A stretch of DNA of 63,242 nucleotides, filler included, from Nemertoderma westbladi (GCA_032718475.1; 4 parts of 4 records of this genome joined end to end with filler, not necessarily neighbours in it), one strand, 5' to 3'; counted from the first letter of the whole stretch, positions 12,781 through 24,085 are shown. Made by a program: numbers and translations. The notes: a model not told the origin generated them from the letters alone.

Positions 12781-14871
12781 TCATCCAAAGCGAAATAGTT
12801 TCCTTTCCAAATTACTGAATTCCGTTTGAGGTCCTAATCCGTGAAACTCACGAAGGGTCCGCCTTGGAAAGTATTTCTGTCGATGTCTGAGAACACAACA
12901 TTGATGAGTGAAGAGTTCTAAGATCGAAAGTAAAGGCATCCAGATGAGAGTAAATATAGACAATAATACACATATCACACATATATAAGTAGGAGTTCTG
13001 CATTGTTCAACATTTTGAGTCTCAGTATTGAAACATGTGTATGTTGTACCTTCAGTGAAAGAGTAATGTATACCCAATGTTGCAAGAATAATATAAACAG
13101 GAACAGTAAGATAAACCATTGAGAATGATATAAAGATATTTATTTTAAATCCAACCATCGTCTCAAAATCGCTTATAATCCGATGTATACCAACACTGTA
13201 TAAAACTGATGTGTAAGAAATGCATCCAATCACCATCATACACATATTAGATATAAATTTGTCAAATATTTCTTTAAGAAATGGCCCAATGTTTAGTGTA
13301 AATACCAAACTGAAAAGGAAAAGAAAAAGGCATATAAGACAAACACGACAAATCTCTGGAATTCTTAGAGTAAACTTGTGATCTTCGAGAGCATTTATAA
13401 TACTTTGAATAAATCCAAACATTGAATCAATTCCTAATAATATTAATGTTACAAACAGAAGAAGTGACCACGATGAAGCATGATCCGAAGTTATTTCTAA
13501 AATGACCCTGGTCATTGTAACAAAAGCCAAAGTAGGTCCATTTAGGTCACTCATTTTTTCAAGTGCGCCTTTTATACAATGACTATGTTGCTCACCTTCT
13601 TCTGGGATTCCATGGCATTCCTCTTCATGAGCATAATGTCCAGCCATACTAAATACAACTACAGAAGCCATTATTGAAGTTAACAGATCAACACCACATA
13701 ATAAAATGGCATCTCGAAAAAAATTATTCTGTCTAGGTTGCGTTGCTCCCATCAATGTATGAAATCCCATGCCAAGAGTCAGTGTAAATACAACTTGCAC
13801 TCCCGCAGATGTCCACACTTTTAATGAGAATATCTCTTCTAAATTGTCAGGTGCGAAAGCATATTTCAACCCTTCATAACTTCCTGACATATCTACCGAT
13901 AGTATGAGTAAGCAAAACATGGTGAGATAAGGAATTGTAGCTGTGAAATACACAACCCTGGTAGACCCCATAGCTCCATGTGTCTGACTAGTAACGACCA
14001 TTAACCAAGTTATGACAGTTGCTATAACGATGGGGTTACTAAAATATAAAGATTCACTCATATTTATTGGTAAGCTTAAAGTTTCATTGTACCAAAAGAA
14101 ACTTCCTGCCCCAAGTTCTTCACACGTTTGATTTTTGAACTCAATAACTAAATTGTTTCCCCCTAACATATTACATGAACTCCAAGGTAATTTATTTCTA
14201 AACGTCATAGCTGAGTAAAAAATACAATAGGATATATCGATACAATAGGAAATAACGAGAAAGCCACAAAGAATTACTTGGGAAATACCAATTCCAGCTA
14301 ACCTTGGATGCAATGTTTCATACACATTCCACGGTCCTTGTCTCGTGAGTTGTCCAATACCTAACTCAAATGTTAGCACTGGTAGACCCACAATAAGTAG
14401 TAAAATTAAATAAGGTATGAGAAATACTCCACCGCCATTTTCCACCATCCTCTTTGGAAAGTACAAAATATTTCCCATTCCGACAACACATCCTATGCAA
14501 CTTAGTATATATTGCAACTTAGAATCCCAAATCGATTCCATTGTGTCTTCCTCTGGTCTCCAATTTTTAATTTTATAAAATGTATCTTTATTATTTGCGA
14601 ATCCAAATATTCTACGGTCCTCGACTTTTTTAAATTCACCAGTTTTCATACCAAGGTCGAAAGTATCTGTTCGAGTATGATTTAGATTGAAGGATTTTCT
14701 TAATGTATGACGGAAGTTTTGCACTGATGTATTGCAGGAATAGAAATTAGTTTCCACTGACGAAACATCGATAGGTTCTTGTTCTTCTAACTGAAACTCC
14801 CGCAACGAATTTGCAGTTTTCAAGCTAATTTCTTCACTTTCCATATCCTTCCTCCCAATTTTACTCTCCAT
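12781..14871 (-). CDS. SLC6 / sodium:neurotransmitter symporter family transporter, intronless and divergent (696 aa)
   Basis: WDSKLQYILSCIGCVVGMGN..FP...ENGGGVFLIPY, ELGIGQ..RQGP, LPWSSC, VVYFTATIPY, VWTSAGVQ, GPTLAFV, LLGIDSMFG. About 12 hydrophobic segments. Uninterrupted ORF. Confidence 0.95.
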   Translation of the reverse strand: MESKIGRKDMESEEISLKTANSLREFQLEEQEPIDVSSVETNFYSCNTSVQNFRHTLRKSFNLNHTRTDTFDLGMKTGEFKKVEDRRIFGFANNKDTFYKIKNWRPEEDTMESIWDSKLQYILSCIGCVVGMGNILYFPKRMVENGGGVFLIPYLILLLIVGLPVLTFELGIGQLTRQGPWNVYETLHPRLAGIGISQVILCGFLVISYCIDISYCIFYSAMTFRNKLPWSSCNMLGGNNLVIEFKNQTCEELGAGSFFWYNETLSLPINMSESLYFSNPIVIATVITWLMVVTSQTHGAMGSTRVVYFTATIPYLTMFCLLILSVDMSGSYEGLKYAFAPDNLEEIFSLKVWTSAGVQVVFTLTLGMGFHTLMGATQPRQNNFFRDAILLCGVDLLTSIMASVVVFSMAGHYAHEEECHGIPEEGEQHSHCIKGALEKMSDLNGPTLAFVTMTRVILEITSDHASSWSLLLFVTLILLGIDSMFGFIQSIINALEDHKFTLRIPEICRVCLICLFLFLFSLVFTLNIGPFLKEIFDKFISNMCMMVIGCISYTSVLYSVGIHRIISDFETMVGFKINIFISFSMVYLTVPVYIILATLGIHYSFTEGTTYTCFNTETQNVEQCRTPTYICVICVLLSIFTLIWMPLLSILELFTHQCCVLRHRQKYFPRRTLREFHGLGPQTEFSNLERKLFRFG

Positions 14872-15449
14872 TATAACAATCTATTGGTCAATCACCTTTT
14901 CGTTGCAAATTTTTTTTCGTCTAGATGTGTCTCTATACAGTTTTGATAATAATAGACTTTGGGCGCAGCGCTGTAATTTTTTAAGTGCTACTTTAAATTT
15001 TGGTAGTAGCTACACTTCCTTATAGCACTACTGTGTTGAGGGTACACCTCTCTCCTAATTTTTGTACTAGCTAGTTTTTGGGGGCACTAGTATAGCTTGT
15101 GTGACTATTTTTAATCATTGACTTTTTGAAAAGAGTTCCGTATTCCTCCCCATTTTGTATTTTTTTTACTAGCTATTATTAATACAATAGCTAGCTAACA
15201 TTAAAAACACTAGCTAGATTAAATAACAATTAGTCACAAATAATGTTCAACATTGATCAATGAGAACATCACATAAAATCCAAAGTCAAAGACTCAACCA
15301 ATATTTTTTAAAATAATAGCTAGCTGATTAGCTAATGTTCTAGAACACGTAAATTTTTTTCTTAAAAGGTTGCGCTAAACATAGGAGGACATTACAGTGT
15401 AAGTAAATATATTATTTCAATTAATATTACCAAAATATCAAATAGGGAG

Positions 15450-17446
15450 ATGTTAGCTTATTCAATCCCGCTAACACCCCATAAAGTTATAAGCCGATAA
15501 GCAATATTGGGAGCCACGAGATTGGGTAATTAACCAACTCGTGCCATCCCAATGAGAATGGGAAGGAGAAGCACACAATGAGGGTCAGGGGCCAAACCCC
15601 TAACCCAGAGAGAATAGGTGGAGTGAACGGGAACACTCCAAAGGGCGCCAACAAGGGTATCAACCAATCAGAGGGGGGAAAGGCATCGATTAGGTAGAGT
15701 AACAAGGCCAACCGTGCAATATAGCCACTTGGCAGTAATCATATCAATTCAGTTATCTCAGTGCAATACCGGTGCTAGATTAGGTCACCATAGTTTTAGA
15801 TAGGGAAGGACCGGGACTTTAGTTACCGTATCCCGCCTTCCATATACGACAATATTATCTCATATCTATATCTATATCTGCATATCATATTATATACGAC
15901 AAACAGCACAAACTCATTTACTCTTTATACACGGCGGGGACGCGTGAACTAAAACCGGATAAACCGGGATCCCTCTTGGATCCCGTCACAGTAACTAAAC
16001 CAGCTGCCGCCCTAGATAAACTCAGTAACCACCAGCCACCAAATCTACAGGAGAAAGATGAGTCAGTCAGGTGAGATAACACCGACGCGGACCCCGGACG
16101 AAGAGCTAACGATCCGCGAGGCCGCAACCAGGCGATACAGGCCCACGACGCCGGACCCATCGGTAACGGGTCATCCGGCAGTTCAGGACGAGGGGGGCCT
16201 GGAACCCGAGGTCGAGCCGAGAGGAAAAGAGAGCGAGACGGAGGGAGAAGGAGACGAGTCGACACGGGACGGGGGTCGACGCACCGGTGTCGCCGGCCAG
16301 CCACAGGCCGAGGGCGACGAGCGGCCCACCGAAACGGTGACGGTGGGGCCGACGGTGCGGCCCCGGACGCAGAGAGACGAAGGAGACATCGGTACCGATG
16401 TCGCCGGCCAGCTACAGGCCGAGGGCGACGGACGGCCCGCCGGAACGGCAACGGTGGGGCCGCCGGTACGACGTCGGACCCGGAGAGACGGAAGAGAGAT
16501 CGGCGACGAGGACGTCGGGGTTTCTGATCGACTCCGACGGGCCTACAACGCGACCCAGAGACTACTAAAGGACGCTAAGAAGGAAGGGGCGAAGATAGAC
16601 GAGGTGAGACTGAGGAAACGACTAGGTGAGTCGGATAGACACTTTAATTACCTAATGCGTTTTGGGCAGAGAGAACTAGCCGAGGAGAGAGCAAAAGGGG
16701 TTGCCAGCGAACTGTTTGAACTATGGGAATGTGGGAGTATGGAACCTAGCGTAGCGTCAGTGTACATAGGGCCATACTTGGTCGATGCCCGGGGAGTAAA
16801 ATTAGTGGGTTGGAGGGGACCAAAAGGGGGCGAATCCGAGGTTAACCCCGAGGATTCGGCCTCATCGGTCGGAGGAAGTTCCGGGAAGCGGGGGAAAGTT
16901 AGTAGATCGGGAAGGCGGAGGGAGTCCGTCGTAACCGATAAGTCTGCTACATCCTCCGCGAAAGGAAGACGGGTGAGAGAGGTAGGTGCCGCGTATAGTC
17001 TCAACCTAGTAGAGCAAGGTCAGAAGGAAATGGATAAACGGCTGGAGGAGGGGAGAATACGGTTAGAGAGGGAAGCGGCATTGATTAGAGAAACCGGAGA
17101 GAAGGCCGAAAGGGCTTTGAGAAGCCTTAGGGAGTATGAGGAAATAGAGGAAAAGGAGTGTAGGGAGCGTGAGGCGAGAGAGGAAAGGGAACGCAAGGAG
17201 TGTGAGGCGAGGGAGGAAAGGGAACGCAAGGAGCGTGAGGCGAGAGAGGAAAGGGAACGCAAGGAGCGTGAGGCGGAACGCAAGGAGTATGAGGCGAGAA
17301 AGGAAAGTGAACGTAAGGAGCGTGAAGCGAGGCGAAGGGAGAGCACTAGGAGAATAGCAGAGCTGGCCCAGCGGGACGCGCGGGAATGCGAGAGGAGAAT
17401 GGTAGAAGCTGAGCGAGAGCAAAAGGAACTAAAGATACGGCAAAGT
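15450..17446 (+). mobile_element. 5' part of a second, diverged member of the same BEL/Pao family as 1119-7260, cut by the assembly gap
   Basis: ORF 16058-17446 matches the broken minus-strand ORFs at 5400-6547 (TIREAATRRY/TIREATTRRY; TDKSATSSAKGRRV/TDKSATSSTKARRV). The upstream non-coding DNA is also similar (GAACACTCC, CCAAT box, GATCCCGTCACAGT). 5' boundary approximate. Confidence 0.8.
16058..17446 (+). CDS. Gag N-terminal extension with E/R-rich 11-residue helical repeats (EREAREERERK), open up to the gap
   Basis: 463 open codons, with 33-bp repeats at ~17165-17335. Confidence 0.7.
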
Positions 17447-17546
17447 NNNNNNNNNNNNNNNNNNNNNNNNNNNNNNNNNNNNNNNNNNNNTTAATTAATT
17501 AANNNNNNNNNNNNNNNNNNNNNNNNNNNNNNNNNNNNNNNNNNNN
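17447..17546. other. Artificial scaffold linker (N44-TTAATTAATTAA-N44)
   Basis: An identical 100-nt construct occurs three times and places stops in all six frames. Confidence 0.97.
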
Positions 17547-18640
17547 GTGCCGTTAATACTGCCATGTGCCTTTTGTACTGTATATACAAATTTAGTTTCA
17601 GTTAGATTTGCCTCGATTTAGCTTTAGTATCAGTTACCTGTTGGTTCTTTGGTTTGGTGTTTGGGCGCGTTTTGTGCCGTTAATACTGCCATGTGCCCTT
17701 GTACTGTATATACAAATTTAGTTTCAGTTAGATTTGCCTCGATTTAGCTTTAGTATCAGTTACCTGTTGGTTCTTTGGTTTGGTGTTTGAGCGCGTTTTG
17801 TGCCGTTAATACTGCCATGTGCCTTTTGTACTGTATATACAAATTTAGTTTCAGTTAGATTTGCCTCGATTTAGCTTTAGTATCAGTTACCTGTTGGTTC
17901 TTTGGTTTGGTGTTTGGGCGCGTTTTGTGCCGTTAATACTGCCATGTGCCTTTTGTTCTGTATATACAAATTTAGTTTCAGTTAGATTTGCCTCGATTTA
18001 GCTTTAGTATCAGTTACCTGTTGGTTCTTTGGTTTGGTGTTTGGGCGCGTTTTGTGCCGTTAATACTGCCATGTGCCTTTTGTACTGTATATACAAATTT
18101 AGTTTCAGTTAGATTTGCCTCGATTTAGCTTTAGTATCAGTTACCTGTTGGTTCTTTGGTTTGGTGTTTGGGCGCGTTTTGTGCCGTTAATACTGCCATG
18201 TGCCTTTTGTACTGTATATACAAATTTAGTTTCAGTTAGATTTGCCTCGATTTAGCTTTAGTATCAGTTACCTGTTGGTTCTTTGGTTTGGTGTTTGGGC
18301 GCGTTTTGTGCCGTTAATACTGCCATGTGCCTTTTGTACTGTATATACAAATTTAGTTTCAGTTAGATTTGCCTCGATTTAGCTTTAGTATCAGTTACCT
18401 GTTGGTTCTTTGGTTTGGTGTTTGGGCGCGATTTGTGCCGTTAATACTGCCATGTGCCTTTTGTACTGTATATACAAATTTAGTTTCAGTTAGATTTGCC
18501 TCGATTTAGCTTTAGTATCAGTTACCTGTTGGTTCTTTGGTTTGGTGTTTGGGCGCGTTTTGTGCCGTTAATACTGCCATGTGCCTTTTGTACTGTATAT
18601 ACAAATTTAGTTTCAGTTGGATTTGCCTCGATTTAGCTTT
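17547..18640 (+). repeat. 127-bp tandem array (~8.6 units visible) in the 5' pseudo-LTR
   Basis: GTGCCGTTAATACTGCC starts at 17547, 17674, 17800, 17927, 18054, 18181, 18308, 18435 and 18562. Followed by three related ~50-bp units (18642-18830). Confidence 0.97.
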
Positions 18641-19076
18641 AACATAAGGCTCTCTGTTGTTAATACTGCCCTATGCCATTTGTACTGTAAATAGTATTTC
18701 GTACTGTAGTTGTTATCTCGCATACATAAGGCTCTCTGTTGTTAATACTGCCCTATGCCATTTGTACTGTAAATGCATACATAAGGCTCTCTGTTGTCAA
18801 TACTGCCCTATGCCATTTGTACTGTAAATGGTAACGCACGGCCCTGCCTGATCACGTCTCGGTGCCAGACTGATTGATTTGTTTCTATGACTAAGAGTTC
18901 AGTTGTTTATTTATGTTGTCAGCTCTACGGACCGGTGCTGCACGCTTCTTATAACCACATAGCAACCGTACTGCCGTAGGCGGAGTGTTGTTATTTGTAC
19001 TGTACATATACATCGGTTTTATACATCGACTGGTAGTCTATTTCAGTATTTGTTAGTGTTTTCTGTTTGGCCTAAC

Positions 19077-19139
19077 TGTAGTGCAGTAGTTTTTGTGCTG
19101 ATGATGCCCCAATGGGGAGAAATTAATCCACTGTTTACA
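19077..19139 (+). ncRNA. Minimal type-I hammerhead ribozyme (5' copy)
   Basis: GUG-CUGAUGA (19098-19104), stem II CCCC-AAU-GGGG, GAAA (19119-19122), palindromic AUUAAU stem III, AUC cleavage triplet (19126-19128), then CAC pairing with GUG. Stem I extends past a bulge (UGUAGUGCAG / CUGUUUACA). Hammerheads are known in PLE pseudo-LTRs. Confidence 0.85.
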
Positions 19140-19166
19140 TAATTATACTGAAGTGTTTATTGGGCG

Positions 19167-22100
19167 ATGAAACTCCTTGTTGTTTTAATAACTGTCACGA
19201 TGTATACAAACGCCCTGAAGTCGGCATGTCACTTTACTAATAATTTCAATGTTAATACTGGAGTGAAACGTGACATCCGCACGTGGTTCGTGACCAGACA
19301 GAAATTAATTAGATTACCCTTGCAAATAGACTTTATGAAACGATGTAGGTCCAAAAATCTAACTCCAGCTTACCTAGCAGGGGTAGGTGGCCGAGGTTTA
19401 ACGCGGCATGCGGGTTTGATGGACAGGTACGTGAACAGAGCGCTGACAATGGATATCGCTTGGTACCACGATATCCTGAGGCGTGAACGCGCGCGGGAGG
19501 GTCGGCTATCAAGAGGTTTTACGCAGTTCATCCAGGGGAAGATAGGAGCCGGTGTAGACAAGACGGAGGACTGGACCTGTCTGTCGAAGTTCGTCGAATT
19601 TTGGGTACGTCGGATCGGGGCCCAGGAGGAGGTTGAGAGAAAGCGAATTCTCGATCGGAAGCTAGGAGCGCTTTCGGCGACTAGTTCAAGACGAGTTAGG
19701 GAGGAGAAGGTTCCGTGGCTGGTACCCGATAGGATTGCACATCGACCTTTCGTGGGCCGGGACGACCTCGTGGGAACCGCGAAGGAAGTCGACAACGTAG
19801 TCAATCTCTCCTCCAAACCCATCTCGGAGGAGGCTAAACGGGTGTTATCTTTAGGATTTAGTTTTGTGCCGAGAACACGCGTTGTGGAACAGGACCGGAT
19901 GGACGCACACACGTCGATCTCCAAGTTGGGAACGAGAATCCGTAATGCGATCAGGCGAAGGAACGCCAGACTGGAGGATACAGTTCAGGTAGAGAAACCC
20001 AGCCGGGATGAAGCCGCGAGCGGGGCGGTTGGACCGCGGAGTAGTGATGAGGAGTCGGTTATTTCATTTGCGGTCACGCCGGGAAGGGGTCGCCGGTCGG
20101 GCCCGGAGTTGGGAGCTGCGCCGAGTGCGACAATAGAAGACTGTACGGCAGCGTTTGGGGCTTTAGTTTTGGGTAACCCGCCAACGGGAGTGGCCCGCAG
20201 ACTATTCGCATGCTCCACCCCTGTGACCCCGCCGAGCGGGGAAGGACCCGGGGCGGGTTCCGGTTCTAGGGAGTGTTTAGAGATGTGCGATGAGGTTTCG
20301 AACGGTTTATCGACAGCTGCGGGGTGTGTCAGCACCCCGTCGCGGAGCGTGGGGGGGGTATTTCCCAAACGTGGAGGTGGCCCGCACGTCCCGATGGAGC
20401 GACGTATCCCCGAGCTAGGGGCGACTAGAAATAGGGATGGTGAGGGCAGTGGGAGGGCGCCATTGGACTATAGGCAATTATACGTTCCGAGGAAGTTCCG
20501 GTACGTCGCACCAAGGGTCGAGGACGAGGCGGTGGAGGGATTTATGGCGGAATTACATAAGGCGATTGACGGTGCCGACGGGAGGGCGAGCGGTGTTGGC
20601 CGAGGCGGGGAGGGTGTGGGTATCTCAGAGAAGGATTTGAGACTGCTGCGGGAACTTAGGGGGGATAAAGAACTCGCTTTCGTTAGGGGAGACAAGACAG
20701 GAAACGTCGTTGTTGTAGACAGGGAGCTGTTGGATTTAGAGATGAGGAGAAACGTTGGCGACCGTGAGATGTTCGAGAAGTTGGACGGTGATCCGACTTC
20801 GAAATATCGGGATGAACTCTATCGGACGGTACAGAACATGGCGTTAGAAGATAAGGACTTAAGTTCATACCTGGTTCCGAAGAACCCAACTCAGGGTTAT
20901 GTGTTCCCATTAGTTAAGGACCACAAACCGGTTTCTGAGTGGATCGACTGGGGAGGGGGCAGGAAGTTCCCGAAGGTTAGAGCTATCGTATCGTCGAGAG
21001 GAACCCTAGCGGAGAGGGCCGGGAAGTGGCTAAACTCGGTCCTTCAGCCTCTAATGTTGAGGATGCCCCACTACGTGCAGGATTCGCGTTCGGCAAGGGA
21101 GGCGGTCCCGAGCCGCCCATTGTCCACGGCAACGTTCATGTCTTTGGACGTCGTGGACATGTACCCCTCTGTAGACCACGATGTCGCCGTGCGCGCGATC
21201 GAGGCGGTGATTGGGGAGAATATGGAGATTTTGGAGGACTCTGGGTTTACTTTGGGGCAGGTTATGCTTATATTAAAATTTGTGCTGACTCGTGCATATT
21301 TTGGGTTTGAAGGTGCTTTTTATGTTTTAGTAAAGGGTCTAGGGATGGGAGGCCCCTCGGGGAAGGTTCTGGCGGTCCTGGTGGTAGACCGTATCCACAC
21401 CCACGTGGGTTTGGTTGCCAGGTTCAGCGCCATATATTTCAAAACGTTTGTGGACGATGGCGAGGCTATTTGGGATGGGGAATTGGACGACGCCGTGAAG
21501 GAGGCGATCGTCGAGCGTTACGGGGCGGCGTGTGAGGCCGTATACGGTAAAGGGGGGATTCGTTTCACTTTCGAATTCTCGAACACCAGTTCAGTGTTCC
21601 TGGACTTAGAGTTAGTTTTGGAGCCGGGTCGGGGAATAGTGAGTTCGGTTTATTTTAAACCGCTCACTAAAAGGTTGCCCATTCCTGGATCCAGTTTGCA
21701 CGACCGAAAGGTTCTGCAGGGTGTGGTGAAGGGCCAGCTGACACGTTTTGCGAGGTTGACAAGGACAACCAGGGAGTATGAGAGTGCGAGGGACCGTTAT
21801 TTAACGGATTGCTGGGTGTCCGGGTATAGTGAAGGGTTTTTGAACGAGGCCCGGGGTTGGGACCCGGAACGGTTACGGGACTCGACTGGTGTCAACCGGG
21901 AGGGCAGGGCCCAGGCGGAGAAGGACAAGTTTTACTTTGGGGTAGACCGTAGGTTCGCTGAGGTCGTTAAGCCGGTCATGCGGCGGTATCGGCGGGTGTT
22001 GGGAGAGAGTGGGATGGGAGTTGCGTGCAATCTTTACGCGGGTCGGAGTTTGGGTAATATGTTGGTTCAGAAGCGGCCGCCGGCTAAGGGGAGGGGAAGC

Positions 22101-22517
22101 AGTAGATGCGGGTCCCGGGCGGGGTGCAAAACATGCGACGCCATGTTCGACATGGCCCGAACCCCATGGGGTGAGAAGATTAAAGGGGTTTTCACGTGTT
22201 TGTCCCACGGGGTACTTTATCTGTTGACCTGCACCAACCACCCGGGGGGGTATTATTTAGGCCAGACTGAGCAAACCATTAGGGATAGGATGACGGGTCA
22301 CCGATCGGCCATGGGCAGGTACGTGAAGGAAGTGCACCCTGATCAAGAGAACATGGGGGAGTATGTGCTGTTGGATCACTTTGCCCAGTGCGGGTTAGGG
22401 TGTCTCAGGGTCACGGGGTTTAGGAGCTACAGGTCGGACGAGGATAGGATCCACGCCGAGGCGAACTATATTTTCAAGTTTAGGCCCCCATGGAACAGAA
22501 TGGTCCCGGCGGTTTGA
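19167..22517 (+). CDS. Penelope-like reverse transcriptase + GIY-YIG endonuclease (1116 aa, intact)
   Basis: VVNLSSKPIS...LSLGFSFVP; RGDKTGNVVVVD; KDHK...RAIVS; SLDVVDMYPSV; GLGMG; FVDD; FLDL; VYFKP; Cys linker CGSRAGCKTC...TC; VLYLLTC...YLGQT...RMTGH...H...E...N. Confidence 0.95.
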   Translation: MKLLVVLITVTMYTNALKSACHFTNNFNVNTGVKRDIRTWFVTRQKLIRLPLQIDFMKRCRSKNLTPAYLAGVGGRGLTRHAGLMDRYVNRALTMDIAWYHDILRRERAREGRLSRGFTQFIQGKIGAGVDKTEDWTCLSKFVEFWVRRIGAQEEVERKRILDRKLGALSATSSRRVREEKVPWLVPDRIAHRPFVGRDDLVGTAKEVDNVVNLSSKPISEEAKRVLSLGFSFVPRTRVVEQDRMDAHTSISKLGTRIRNAIRRRNARLEDTVQVEKPSRDEAASGAVGPRSSDEESVISFAVTPGRGRRSGPELGAAPSATIEDCTAAFGALVLGNPPTGVARRLFACSTPVTPPSGEGPGAGSGSRECLEMCDEVSNGLSTAAGCVSTPSRSVGGVFPKRGGGPHVPMERRIPELGATRNRDGEGSGRAPLDYRQLYVPRKFRYVAPRVEDEAVEGFMAELHKAIDGADGRASGVGRGGEGVGISEKDLRLLRELRGDKELAFVRGDKTGNVVVVDRELLDLEMRRNVGDREMFEKLDGDPTSKYRDELYRTVQNMALEDKDLSSYLVPKNPTQGYVFPLVKDHKPVSEWIDWGGGRKFPKVRAIVSSRGTLAERAGKWLNSVLQPLMLRMPHYVQDSRSAREAVPSRPLSTATFMSLDVVDMYPSVDHDVAVRAIEAVIGENMEILEDSGFTLGQVMLILKFVLTRAYFGFEGAFYVLVKGLGMGGPSGKVLAVLVVDRIHTHVGLVARFSAIYFKTFVDDGEAIWDGELDDAVKEAIVERYGAACEAVYGKGGIRFTFEFSNTSSVFLDLELVLEPGRGIVSSVYFKPLTKRLPIPGSSLHDRKVLQGVVKGQLTRFARLTRTTREYESARDRYLTDCWVSGYSEGFLNEARGWDPERLRDSTGVNREGRAQAEKDKFYFGVDRRFAEVVKPVMRRYRRVLGESGMGVACNLYAGRSLGNMLVQKRPPAKGRGSSRCGSRAGCKTCDAMFDMARTPWGEKIKGVFTCLSHGVLYLLTCTNHPGGYYLGQTEQTIRDRMTGHRSAMGRYVKEVHPDQENMGEYVLLDHFAQCGLGCLRVTGFRSYRSDEDRIHAEANYIFKFRPPWNRMVPAV

Positions 22518-22533
22518 CACGGTCGGGGTTATA

Positions 22534-23649
22534 GTTTGGTGTTTGGGCGCGATTTGTGCCGTTAATACTGCCATGTGCCTTTTGTACTGTATATACAAAT
22601 TTAGTTTCAGTTAGATTTGCCTCGATTTAGCTTTAGTATCAGTTACCTGTTGGTTCTTTGGTTTGGTGTTTGGGCGCGTTTTGTGCCGTTAATACTGCCA
22701 TGTGCCCTTGTACTGTATATACAAATTTAGTTTCAGTTAGATTTGCCTCGATTTAGCTTTAGTATCAGTTACCTGTTGGTTCTTTGGTTTGGTGTTTGAG
22801 CGCGTTTTGTGCCGTTAATACTGCCATGTGCCTTTTGTACTGTATATACAAATTTAGTTTCAGTTAGATTTGCCTCGATTTAGCTTTAGTATCAGTTACC
22901 TGTTGGTTCTTTGGTTTGGTGTTTGGGCGCGTTTTGTGCCGTTAATACTGCCATGTGCCTTTTGTTCTGTATATACAAATTTAGTTTCAGTTAGATTTGC
23001 CTCGATTTAGCTTTAGTATCAGTTACCTGTTGGTTCTTTGGTTTGGTGTTTGGGCGCGTTTTGTGCCGTTAATACTGCCATGTGCCTTTTGTACTGTATA
23101 TACAAATTTAGTTTCAGTTAGATTTGCCTCGATTTAGCTTTAGTATCAGTTACCTGTTGGTTCTTTGGTTTGGTGTTTGGGCGCGTTTTGTGCCGTTAAT
23201 ACTGCCATGTGCCTTTTGTACTGTATATACAAATTTAGTTTCAGTTAGATTTGCCTCGATTTAGCTTTAGTATCAGTTACCTGTTGGTTCTTTGGTTTGG
23301 TGTTTGGGCGCGTTTTGTGCCGTTAATACTGCCATGTGCCTTTTGTACTGTATATACAAATTTAGTTTCAGTTAGATTTGCCTCGATTTAGCTTTAGTAT
23401 CAGTTACCTGTTGGTTCTTTGGTTTGGTGTTTGGGCGCGATTTGTGCCGTTAATACTGCCATGTGCCTTTTGTACTGTATATACAAATTTAGTTTCAGCT
23501 AGATTTGCCTCGATTTAGCTTTAGTATCAGTTACCTGTTGGTTCTTTGGTTTGGTGTTTGGGCGCGTTTTGTGCCGTTAATACTGCCATGTGCCTTTTGT
23601 ACTGTATATACAAATTTAGTTTCAGTTGGATTTGCCTCGATTTAGCTTT
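22534..23649 (+). repeat. 127-bp tandem array (~8.8 units) in the 3' pseudo-LTR
   Basis: Starts ~16 bp after the ORF stop. The unit-specific variants occur in the same order as in the 5' array. Confidence 0.97.
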
Positions 23650-24085
23650 AACATAAGGCTCTCTGTTGTTAATACTGCCCTATGCCATTTGTACTGTAAA
23701 TAGTATTTCGTACTGTAGTTGTTATCTCGCATACATAAGGCTCTCTGTTGTTAATACTGCCCTATGCCATTTGTACTGTAAATGCATACATAAGGCTCTC
23801 TGTTGTCAATACTGCCCTATGCCATTTGTACTGTAAATGGTAACGCACGGCCCTGCCTGATCACGTCTCGGTGCCAGACTGATTGATTTGTTTCTATGAC
23901 TAAGAGTTCAGTTGTTTATTTATGTTGTCAGCTCTACGGACCGGTGCTGCACGCTTCTTATAACCACATAGCAACCGTACTGCCGTAGGCGGAGTGTTGT
24001 TATTTGTACTGTACATATACATCGGTTTTATACATCGACTGGTAGTCTATTTCAGTATTTGTTAGTGTTTTCTGTTTGGCCTAAC

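Noticed and set aside
17447-17546. TTAATTAATTAA palindrome inside N runs (also at 45186 and 55967)
   Set aside because: Artificial contig spacer. ORF ends and adjacency across it are not biological evidence.
17547-17673. Possible hammerhead on the minus strand of the 127-bp unit (CTGATAC...GAAAC)
   Set aside because: The core is not CUGANGA and there are no supporting stems.
22500-22560. Selenocysteine read-through of the PLE TGA, as in Naiad elements
   Set aside because: The TGA follows the complete GIY-YIG domain, there are no internal TGAs, and no SECIS was recognised.
17547-23649. 127-bp arrays flanking an RT/nuclease gene as a CRISPR-like or retron-like system
   Set aside because: The units are head-to-tail with no unique spacers, there are no cas genes, the context is eukaryotic, and the protein is a Penelope-type RT.
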